Positions 49,266 through 59,429 of a stretch of 64,000 nucleotides of DNA are shown here, piece after piece; the stretch's first letter is position 1; each line of letters starts with the position of its first letter. The stretch covers positions 1 to 64,000 of the forward strand of contig DF237110.1 in the NCBI GenBank assembly GCA_000708835.1, in the 5' to 3' direction. Below the pieces are notes generated by a model, which was given only the letters and a program-made list of their open reading frames with translations, was not told the origin of the DNA and ran no database searches. Source of the DNA: Klebsormidium nitens. Its lineage: Eukaryota; Plantae; Klebsormidiophyceae. The position numbers and the translations under genes are program-made.

Positions 49266-52200
49266 TCAACACCAGTGCCTGTAAGACACAGTGCATACAG
49301 GCAGCTGGTAACAAGGATCGTTCATTACTATTATATGAGAATCTGTATATTCTCGGATCACGTTCTTTGGGACAGGCAGCAGCAGAAAGAGGATCATTGC
49401 AACCGGGTTGTACCCCGTACGCAAATCCTTTGTCAAGTGTTTCCGGCAGTAAGGGACGCTTGTCGAAGGTGACGTGGCGAACCAATCCCCCGCCACGGGC
49501 GCACGTCCTCTTTTCCGGCAGCATTCCTTCCTTCATAATGGACGACGTTTGCAGGAGGCCGAGATTCAAGAAGCGTCAGGCTTTCCATCAAACTCTCAAA
49601 TGCTTGCGCTTTGCTCTGTTTCGTGGCGCGGCGCTACTCCTGACTGCGCCTGACACTAGATCTATAGGATAGCGGACAACTGAGGACAAGCATGTTTATA
49701 GGCGGATTGCCATGGAACGCGAACTTGAGCGGCGCAATCTCAGGGGAACCGTAACCCAGAAGGGATCGAAACGCTTCTGCAAGGATGGAGGCGCAAGAAA
49801 GAGCGCTAATCAGTTAACAAGTAATTTGTAAATAGGACACGTTTGAAGACACTTATGTTCACCACCCGGCGCCAGTTTTCAACTGCCTTATGCTTGGTGC
49901 CCTGATCTCCACAAAGGACTCCTGAAATACTGCGGCGAATGGTTGAACATGAGCGGCTGAGTATTATATTAGACTTTCTTCACTTCCGTAATCAAGGCGC
50001 AAAGACTGAAACAGCATCTAACTGAAAGGAAGCAGTTTCTTGCCCGGAGGTCGAGGGGTGCAAAAGTGGCTGAGTCTAAGGAAGACTTATATAAGCGGGC
50101 GATTTGACCGATGGAGACATTCAATAATAAGGATCTATTTACTGTGAAGCTCTAGACATTCTTTCTCTCTTTGGCAAAACCCTCTTCATTCAAAACCTCG
50201 TCACGTACCTCCAAGATCTGCCACGTGTCCCGCCATCGCGTCTAAGAAACGCTCAAACAGCGCACCCCCCTGCCGCGCGCGCTCGTTCACAATGACTCGG
50301 AAAGATTGGAGCTGGTCTTGGAGAGGAAGCGATCGAGGCGCTCGGTCGAAATCAGGAACTCTAGCAACTCTGAGAGAACCTGCCAGAGAGTTTGCGCACA
50401 TCAGATGTGTTCAGAATTTGGAGCAGGAGGAAGATATTAGATTCTCAAGGGGTTCGAATCAGTTCGATTCGAGGTGTAAAGTAAGGAACTGACATAGATG
50501 GAAGAGGTTCGAAAGACAAGATTGCTCTGGAAGACCGGACCTATCTGCAACTCGAAGAAACCTTCTCCAAAAGCATAATTTTTATTAAAAAGGAAAGCTT
50601 CCCTCTGGATCAGCAAGTCCCTCGGTGGAATTGAGGCCTTGTGTGACGGGGAGAACTGACGAACGGGCGAAAACCAAATGATCAGATTTATAACCAACTG
50701 AGATTGATATCAGTGAGAGACACTCACCAGTCTCATTTTTGCTTGTTCGCAGTTTGCAATCATCTCAGCAAGCGCGCGAGGGGTGCTGGGCAGCCGGTCG
50801 AAGGTGCAGAACCAAGAGAAGCCCCAGCGGAATGTGTGGCATTCATCCGACCCCTCAATCCCAGCTCGCATCGTTCCGAACGTCAGCACGGGGCTGGAAA
50901 GCTCAGCGTCTTCTTGCCTGCACGGTTTGAGTTAGCTCGTTGCGTTTGTTGCAGAGGCGAACCAGGACAATCGAAAAGGTTACCTTTTGAATTGCTCATT
51001 TGCTTTGAGGGACCTGAGAATGGAAGTAAGGTGGAAGAGATTGTCATAGGCGCTCAAGCATTGACGATAGTAGGGCGACCATTGACATTCTGACCGATCT
51101 ATGTCGAAGTAACTATTGATGGATATAAAGTTGGAAGTGTTCTCAGTATGGCTTTCGAAAATGCCCACCCGACAGTAGAACTTCATTGATCGAGTGTCAA
51201 AGACAATTCTTAGGAAGAGAGTCTGCAGCGAAAGAAGCCAGAAGAAATTCTCTGCGTTACATGTCATCGTAGCTTCAGAAACTGGCTTTTGTAAGGCACC
51301 AGCTGTTGCGCGCGCCTTCCTGCGCCAACGTGCGTACCTGTGCACGACGTCCGGCAGTGCTGATGTTTTCTCCGCTTCATCGTGAGGCCGCGCCGGCAAC
51401 TTTGGAAGCGGCTCCTCCAGCCGAAAGGTCTCCTGTCCCGCTGCCCAGGCCGCAAGGATGGCTTGACCAACACTGGCTTCAAACTGGTACCAAAGTTTTG
51501 AATCGGGCGCTTTCCATTGCACGACCAACTTGGGGCTGCCCTTGAATATTGGTGGCGCTGATGCTGCAGGCACGTTGAGAAAGAGTTTTCCCTCTTTCAA
51601 CTCCAGGCAAAATGAAAATATGAGTTCTGATGATAGCTGGAACATTTGGATACGAAGGCGGGATGTTTACAGGGGTCTGTCAAAAATGAACGAGACAGTT
51701 GCGATGAAATGAAGATTACAACAAACATTGTAAACAAAGTAGTACGTTCTGGATCTTCGGCCAGCTGGCCAGACCTACCAAGTTCTTCCTAGGCTCAGTT
51801 TCATTTCAAGACCCGCAAAGCCTTCCAGATTCTATGTGAATACTAAACTCATCCCCATGCTGCAGACGAAACCAAGGATGCTTGATTCTGAACAAAGTTG
51901 CTGCATTAGTAGGGATCTTACGAAGTTGGCCACGAGTTGGTCCTCAGAATCACGACTTTGTGGTCTTTTTGGAGTGTTCCCAACATCAACCAGCAAAAGC
52001 TGAGCTTCAACGACTGTTGCCACCTCAGCATCTTGTTCGTGGCTTTCCGTGCTTCTTCTCGAACACAGGTGGGCGTATTGCAGCTTATTAACGACTGCAA
52101 AAGTGAGGGACTTTGAACAAAGTTCACGGTTGATGATGCAGAAGAGCAGGAAGACTTACGATGACGTACATGATTGCGCTAGCTGCTAGGATGAAAAGCT

Positions 52201-52305
52201 CTCACTGAAGGCTCCTGCAAGAATCTTACCCTTCTCGCTTCGCCAGCAGCACCATGTCAAGAAGCAGAGGGGGAGCAGCAGCAGCAGCAGCCACCATGCG
52301 CTCAT
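49266..52305 (-). pseudogene. Membrane anchor + WWE + ART paralog 3 (disrupted)
   Basis: Exons: 52305-52230 (MSAWWLLLLLLPLCFLTWCCWRSEK), 51563-51338, 50917-50728, 50379-50209 (171 nt vs 172 in paralogs, a -1 frameshift giving TGA), 49776-49266 (FHGN, ~144-bp insertion, +1 G before DWFA). Confidence 0.85.
49547..49690. other. ~144-bp insertion inside the ART exon of paralog 3
   Basis: Splits FAFHGNPPINM from SIMKEGMLPEKR and is absent from the other three paralogs. Boundaries are approximate. Confidence 0.75.
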
Positions 52306-52448
52306 GGTGAGTCTTCGACTTTGGGGCCTATCTCCACATATCAGGCGGGCCGACTTCTCGAGTTTTTTGTTCGAGTTTGCAAGATGGTTCGTCTGCAATT
52401 GCCGGCTCGGTGCGCACCGGTCGCCTAAGACCTGTAGCCAAAAAGACA

Positions 52449-52464
52449 CCCGGTACGTACCGGG
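52449..52464. promoter_or_regulatory. Perfect 16-bp GTAC palindrome upstream of ART paralog 3
   Basis: cccggtacgtaccggg, ~144 bp upstream of the ATG. Confidence 0.5.
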
Positions 52465-52537
52465 CATGCTTTGAAGCGGCGCATCCTAAAAAGCTAATCA
52501 TTGAAAGGGGCAGACATGCATCGCGAGTCTGTGCTAC

Positions 52538-54730
52538 CTAGTAGTCACTCGAAGCCCTAGCTGCGCGCAGGCTTCTAAATGCCATGCAGGCGGATCTGGG
52601 GTCTTGAAGAATCCGAAGGTTTTGCAGTCGACTTTTCGGCCGCTGCGCGCTTGTGTGACTCTCGATCGGTATGGAAATCGCCGATTCACAAGGCCTCAGT
52701 GAGAAGGGCGACGTCTTCACTCTGTGCCTCCGAGGACCCGTCTCTATGAAACTCAAGAGAAATAATAGTAAGCCCAGATAATAGTAAGGTAACCGCACTG
52801 TGACGGGTAGGGTTAGTAAGGTGGTTAGGGTGGGTACGGGTGCGGAGCGGGTGTTTCCTTATAGGTTAGGGTTTTTAGTGTTAGTCGGAGCTTACTATTA
52901 TCTTGGCTTACTATTATCTTTCTTGAGAATTATCCCGTCTCTCCCTCCGAACTGCAGTCTGCAGGCAGGCGGCCGCCCGCCGATGATCTGGCGCCATCGC
53001 TTCCTTTGCAAACTTCCTCCTGGTGAATGCTGACGTCAGCCGACACCGACTCTGCAAATTCGGCCAGTGCGCTCTTGGTCTCGCCGCCTGTCTCCTTTCC
53101 CTCGGCTTCATCCCCCGGGCTCTGCTTCTTCCTTTTGGGAAGCACGTCCTTCCCGAGCCGGTTTCCAGTCTAGATCCCCCCCGGCTACGTACCGGGGGGG
53201 TATTTATACTGCTGTCGGTGATGAGGAACCAGGCTTCCTCCGAATCAGCCGCACTTGTCACCCCACGGAAAGAGACCGGACTGAAATTCTTGCTTCTCCC
53301 ATCCTTTTAGGACCACAACAATATGTTACTCTGGTCTTCAGCGATAGTCGCTTTCAGTGCACTTTAAATCTTCAGCGGCGTAACCAGCTCACTTCGCAAC
53401 CCACCGTCAGCTCCATTTTCCGTTTCCCGCCGTACTGCTTGGTCAGAACCCCCAGTGAACCGTTTCTGCATCGTTTTCTTCCTCCCCTTGCCCGTGACAG
53501 CCCATGTCCCCGCTGATTGGAAGTGTTTCATACTTTCGGCGCTCACTTCCTGTCGACCACCCGCTCGCTCGTCCGTGTCAGTTTTGCTCATTTTCTCCTC
53601 GTTTATGTCCTCCGGGCGCTCAAGCCGCCTTTCTACGATGCCTTCTGGGTCGGGATTCGGCTGCGGTTCAACGGGGCTGTCTAAAATCACCTCGACGGCA
53701 GCCTGGCGCGCACGAAGCCGGTAACGAACCTCAGATAGCTAGAAGCCGGCGCTGCCAGCCGCCAAAAAGGGCCCTTCTCCTGACCGGGGGATCCCTCCCT
53801 GTTCCCTGGGCTCCTTGGTTTAAGCGTTGGCTTCCACGACTTGGATTTGTCCGTAACCTCGTGTCTGGAGCATCTGATGCCCCCTGATTGAGAAACTGAA
53901 GTATCTTGCTGAGGAACAGATGGCCAGCCCCGATTAAACCGGTTGAAAGTCTCCTGTCCCGACAAGGTTGACGCCTCTTGATCGGAACAAAGCTTACGAA
54001 ATACGAGCATCCAACAGCCAATCCCATGGTTGCCATTTCGTCGTCGGAGACAGGTCCGAGGTGCTCCGGAAACGGTCCTGCCGTTACCTCTGGAGCGGAA
54101 CCCTTCTCCGCCTCGCGCCTCTGTGGACACGGTCTGACTTCTCCTGATCAGAACTTTCAATGTCTGGCGCTCGGACACGGCCTAAGCTTTGGCGAGTAAT
54201 AGAAATTTTCTCCGCAACTGGATCCCCGCTTCTTCATTGGAGGCTGCCCCCTGCGTCGGATTCGAAACGACAACTAAGTGCCTTCTCCTAGCCCAATTCG
54301 TGAGCCCTTGTAAAAGAAACGGCCTTTCCGTCTGGAGCCGATCCCGCCAGTGCGTCTCGATTGAACACGCTCTTGCCTGATGGCTCAAAGTATGGGCGAA
54401 CGGGTGATCTACCACATGGGCTGGTCTGCATATAATTGCATTTGAAAAATCAGAATCTTTCAAAAGAAACAACATTCTGAGTGAGATGTTTTGTTCACAT
54501 ATCCCCGCTCGCGCCCTGAGTTTGCTCACGAAAGCATTCGTGACCGGGGGATGATCTGGCAGCATTTCTCGGCATCAGCGACTTACTAGGGTATTCGTGC
54601 TGACTGTCCCAAGCTGGAAGCAATGATGTAGCGACAGATTCTTCCTTTCGTTAGAGATAATAAGCAACCAAGGGCAAGGATTGATGGGCAATTCTTTGGC
54701 ATGGGCATCCGCAACACGGGCATGACACTG
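52538..54730 (-). pseudogene. Decayed low-complexity (acidic/disordered) ORF between ART paralogs 3 and 4, interrupted by a MITE
   Basis: Protein-like fragments in shifting frames (PVTNAFVSKLRARAG; DSPVEPQPNPDPEGIVERRLERPEDINEEK; DLDWKPAREGRASQKEEAEPGDEAEGKETGGETK). Removing the 52746-52933 MITE and one TSD rejoins SSEGETG to PRRHRVK in frame. Confidence 0.45.
52746..52933. mobile_element. MITE (MULE-like, 188 bp)
   Basis: Perfect 9-bp TSD cccgtctct (52737-52745, 52934-52942). TIRs ctcaagagaaataatagtaagcccagataatagtaag / cttactattatcttggcttactattatctttcttgag. G-rich core. Confidence 0.88.
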
Positions 54731-55502
54731 AGCGAGCACGAGACATTCAATTGGTCGCTCTATGTTTCAAAACGGAGCTGGAGTAAAAGACGCTTCGTTC
54801 GCAGAAATAAGGCCAACAAAAAAGTCAAATGAATGCCCCGCTGAATCAAAACTTTGAACGGATTCGTAAGTGACTGGACAGCAAAGCTTTCTGTAGCGCA
54901 ACCAATAAACCAAGGTGTCGTTCACAGGCACAAGGAATATTCCAACCATGACCGTCCGACGGTCCATAGATCTGAGCTTGAACAATTTTCAAAGCTGCGA
55001 GCAATTCACCATGTTATCGATTACTGCTTCTCTGCGCTGCAAAAGACGTGCACTTAATTTAGCAAGCATGCCGCAATTTAGAGTAGCGTGTCATGAGCCA
55101 ATCGCAAGACTCGTGCCAGTGCTTCGGGGGAGAATTCGATTCTTTATTACGCCTAGGAGCGTGAGGGGATGTTGTAAATTAGGCTGGGATGCAATATAAT
55201 CTGTGATCCACAAAGCCGCTCTACTGGTCTGAAGATCGAGTGCCGGGCTGGTAGAAGTACCCGTGTTTTCACGAGCAATGGAATAAGTAACTGGCGGTCG
55301 AGCAGCTTCGGTCCATATGCGTCTAAGAACAAGCTATTCTGCTTCCCTTTTGCTGCCCGCAAATCCTTTTTTTTACGAATTTTCCGCATCTCTTGCACAT
55401 GAATACTTATGATGACAACACCATGATCTGATGTCTCTGATGGCTGCATCCCTGCTTGGTCTTGAAACTGCGATAGCCTAGCGTAGCTGATCGTTATGCC
55501 TG

Positions 55503-58469
55503 TTAACAATGTCTGAAACTAACGGTGCATAACGGAAGCTCGTAATAGGTATCGTTCATCACTATAACACCGGAATTTGTGAATTCTCCGATCACCTTTC
55601 CCGGAATAGGCAACAGCAGAAATAGTATCATCTTAACCGCATTCCACCGCCCAGACTCAGATAAGAGGTGTTTCTGGCAGTACCAAACGCTCGTCGAAGG
55701 TGACGTGGCAAACCAGTCCCCGCCGCGGCCGCACGCCCTCATTTCCGGCAGCATTCCGTCTTTCAAAATGGACGGAATGTTCATTGGCGGAGTGCCGTGG
55801 AACGCGAACGTGAGCGGCGAAATGGCAGGGGAGCCGGAACCCATGAGGGATTGAAGAGCATCTGCAAAATTTCGCATGCAGAAAAGAAGCGCAAATCAAG
55901 TTGGTGAAGAGCATCGGATAGCTAAGTGTGGAAAGTGATGCCCGCTTTCTGTTAACTTTGTAAACATCAAGTAGCATGGTGCCCCGCTTCTCGCTGATTT
56001 AGGCCGGATGAAGCGGTAGCATAAAACTGACGTCCGTTGCGACTCATTCCTCAAAGTCACTGCACCTTCGAGTGCTTTTCGGATTCAAATTGGCCTTTGG
56101 CCTTTGAATCTTTTGACCACAATTTGTTCTGTGCAAATAGCTTTCTTTTTCAAAGAGCGCGAAGGTAAGAATATATTTATGTGGGATCTATACCGCAACT
56201 GGAATCATGATTGGAAGTCTTGACAAGCCCAGGTACCCGCCCGGGAACCGTTAGTATCAAGGCTCTTTGGTCTGCTCGTCTGCCTTCCTTTCTTTTCTAG
56301 GATTCTGACCCGTCTTACCTCCAAGGTTTGCCACGTGTTCCGCCATCGTATCTGAGAAGCGCTCAAACAGCAGATGCCCCGGCCGCGCGCGCTTCTTTAC
56401 GTAGAGTAGGTGAAGACGCGGGCTGGTCTTCGAGAGAAACTGATTAAGGCGCTCGACCGAGGTCAAGAACTCCAGCAGTTCCGAGGACACCTGTTTGAGA
56501 GTTCGTGTACAATCAAAACACTTTTCATCTTGAGGCGAGAATAGACGTGAGGCCCTGAAGGCGGTTCAGTTATCGCAAACTTAAAGAGAAGAGGAATGAA
56601 AGGCGCACGAGATTGCTCCCGATCTATCTGCCCACGTTAAAATCTGTCCCAAGGCCGATTGGATTAAAGCGAAGAATCTGCGACATGTGTAAGCAGTCTC
56701 TGATAAAAGCAGGCCGTACATAAGAAGGAACTCTGGCAAATGGGCAAGAAACTTTTGCGCAGTTCAAAAAAAAAGAAAAACGATTCAAAATGGAACGAAA
56801 ATACACTCACTCTCCGCCTTCTCAGCCGTTCGCAGCTTGCAATCATTGCGGCGAGCGCACGGGGGGTCCTGGGCAGTTGGTCGAAGGTGCACGTCGAAGA
56901 GAAGCCCCAGCGGATTGTGGAGAAGTCCTTCGACCCCGTAGTTTCAGCGCGCATCGTTGCAAACGTCAGCACGCGGGAGACGAGAGTCTTAGCCTCTCCT
57001 TGCCTGCTCAGTCGGAGAATAATCATCGGATTTGTTGTGCATTCTGGAATCAAGAGGGAAACGAGATGAAAATGAAACGGCTGTTTCTTTCAAAGTGCGT
57101 CTAAGGTCCTTTCCAAAGGGCCGAGAAGGATAGAAACATGGAACAGGTTGTCGGAGGTGCTCATTTTAGTTTAGTGACTGTGGAATACTTCGATTCAAGG
57201 CATTACCCTTATCATGGCTGAGACTTTTGGTCATATTGTATGTCCGAACAGTCGACAACTGAGCTCATGCGGCGCTCAGAATGCCAATGACAAACGTAAG
57301 GCTCATCAGTCAAATCTCGGATTGGGTTTGTGGTACCAATTTCCTCTGATCTTCCTTACTGTTTGCTTTGTTCATCTTTTGAAGACTCTGAAAGACTAGC
57401 CTGAGTTGTGTAAAAGCACGAGCTTGTACCTGATTCGGTCCTTGTGCGGCCGCGCTGACGTCTTCTCCACATCAACGTTGGGCCGCGGCGACTTTCGAAG
57501 CCGCTTTTCGAGGTAAAATGTCGCCTGTCCCGATACCCAGGTGGCAAAGGATAGCTCGGCTAACGCTGGCCTTATACTGACACCAAGTGTTTGAACCGGA
57601 CCCTTTCCAGCTCACTGCCAATCTGGGGCTGCCCTTGAAAGGTGGTGGCGTGAATGCTGCGTTCAGGACAAGAGTGAGTCGTTCAGACAAAATATGGTGT
57701 ACTCAGCTCCAGCAAAACGGAGCAACCAAAGCCTAACAATATCTTGGCTGGTTTGAGACTGGAATATCAGCTAGGTAAACTGTGGGAACGGTCACAGGGG
57801 TCGCCAGACTTCGTGAACAAAGACAACTGTCCAGAATCGACAGACACACTAAGCATTGCGTTTCATCGAAGCAGTGGTGCAATCCAGCTTGTTCACTCTT
57901 TTTGAAGCTCTTCTTTGTTTCCGGTGTTCTTTGGATATCAGGAGCACTGAAATCTCGAAGCAGAAGCTGACCATCCAAACATGCGGAGACGAGAGTAGGA
58001 CTGGTACTTCAGTCACTGTACGCTGGACCAAAGGGCTCTCTGCTCAGACTGCTTTTGAAGCTGGTTATTGCAGGCGGTCATAAAGAGTCCAGAAAGCCAT
58101 GACTCTCCCTTGAGCATCTGGGACCGTTTCCAAATTAAGTAGGGAGAGAGGGCTGCAACGACTAAACTTTGCCCTCCTCAGAATCTTGTTCAAGGCTCGC
58201 GCGCTTCTCAGTAACAGGTCGACCTTACTGTAGCCTGTTGACTGCAGAGTGGGAGATTGTGAACAAAAGCCACTTCGTAGCGACTAAACACAGCAAAATA
58301 ACTCCACGAATATCGTGAACGTGTGCTGGCTGCTGGAGCACAAACCTCTCATTCAATCAGCAGCAGCTCCTAAGAAAAGCTTACCCCTGCCGCTTTGCCA
58401 CCACGCCCAACAGCACCAGCTCGCCGTCAAGAAGACGAAGAGAAAGAGCAGCAGCCAGAACGCGCCCAT
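55503..58469 (-). pseudogene. Membrane anchor + WWE + ART paralog 4 (single +1 frameshift; pseudogene or sequencing error)
   Basis: Exons: 58469-58385 (MGAFWLLLFLFVFLTASWCCWAWWQSGR), 57656-57430 (227 nt; ATCCTTTGCC vs ATCCTTGCC in paralog 2), 57003-56811, 56490-56319, 55861-55503 (FAFHGTPPMNIPSILKDGM...DWFATSPSTSVWYC...GVIVMNDTYYELP). All other exons are open with canonical sites. Confidence 0.75.
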
Positions 58470-58650
58470 GGTGTTCCAACTCGGACTATGCACCTACCAG
58501 CTACAAGTATCAAGCGGGTCATTCAAGCCGGTTCTGCTGGAATGAATCTGCTTTTTGTGGCTCAAATTGAAGGTTCTTCGAACTTTTGCATTGCACCCTC
58601 AAGTCCTGTATGTACCGGTCATCTCAGACATTGGCAGTCACCAAGAGACG

Positions 58651-58666
58651 TCCGGTACGTACCGGA
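58651..58666. promoter_or_regulatory. Perfect 16-bp GTAC palindrome upstream of ART paralog 4
   Basis: tccggtacgtaccgga, ~182 bp upstream of the ATG. The outer pair is T-A where paralog 3 has C-G. Confidence 0.5.
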
Positions 58667-58819
58667 GATGCTCATGCAGAAACCCAAGCAGTACAAAACT
58701 CCATTGCATGCTGGCGCACCTATCACAGCCGTCCGATCTTGGAGTGCACATCAAGCTTCAGATGAATGCTTTCTAAGACCGAAAACGTGAGCTAGACCTC
58801 TGCCATGAGCTGCAAGAAG

Positions 58820-59017
58820 ACTCTGGTAACTCCCATTTCACTTTAGAGCCATTCACTTAGGATAGGCGCCCGGGAGACGGGTAGGGTTGGTATGGTGGTT
58901 AGGGTGGGTTCGGGTGCGGAGCAGGTGATTCTGTTGGTTAAAATTTTTAGTTTGTTTGCCCGGGTACCTTGGATCTTAAGTTAAATGGCTCCTAAGTGAA
59001 ATGGGATTTACCAGTAT
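58820..59017. mobile_element. MITE (MULE-like, 198 bp)
   Basis: Perfect 9-bp TSD tgcaagaag (58811-58819, 59018-59026). TIRs of ~55 bp ctggtaactcccatttcactttagagccattcacttag...cccggg / cccggg...cttaagttaaatggctcctaagtgaaatgggatttaccag. G-rich core. Confidence 0.9.
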
Positions 59018-59180
59018 TGCAAGAAGGGCAATGTTGCTGATTGATTAATCGAGGCCGTCCACTCTGTTTCAACGTTAACGCCGACGAGATACTGACGGTT
59101 GGAGGCTTCAAGTTTCCCAGCTACTTCTCTCGAGTACGAACTTCGACATCATGCTGACGCACTAAAGAAGCGCCGAACCT

Positions 59181-59429
59181 ATACCGGTAACTCTCGTGTG
59201 ACCTAACGGGCGTGTGACTTAAGATACGAGCTACCCGGGCACTTCAAACTAAAAACCTAATCCAAATAACCANNNNNNNNNNNNNNNNNNNNNNNNNNNN
59301 NNNNNNNNNNNNNNNNNNNNNNNNNNNNNNNNNNNNNNNNNNNNNNNNNNNNNNNNNNNNNNNNNNNNNNNNNNNNNNNNNNNNNNNNNNNNNNNCACGT
59401 CTCTTAGGTCACACGAGAGTTATCGGAGT
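59181..59429. mobile_element. MITE (same family, reverse orientation) spanning the assembly gap
   Basis: Perfect 9-bp TSD gccgaacct (59172-59180, 59430-59438). TIRs ataccggtaactctcgtgtgacctaacgggcgtg / cacgtctcttaggtcacacgagagttatcggagt. cccgggcacttcaaactaaaaacc leads into the Ns. Confidence 0.88.
59273..59395. other. Assembly gap (123 N)
   Basis: Run of N. Confidence 1.

Noticed and set aside
52800-52890. TTAGGG/TTTTAG-like motifs as interstitial telomere
   Set aside because: Not tandemly repeated; they belong to the MITE core bounded by TIRs and a TSD.
40451-58469. Calling the ART genes RCD1/SRO orthologs or bacterial toxins
   Set aside because: No RST domain, an extra N-terminal TM exon and a different triad argue against RCD1/SRO. 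Spliceosomal introns and the HGT (PARP-like) rather than R-S-E signature argue against a bacterial toxin.
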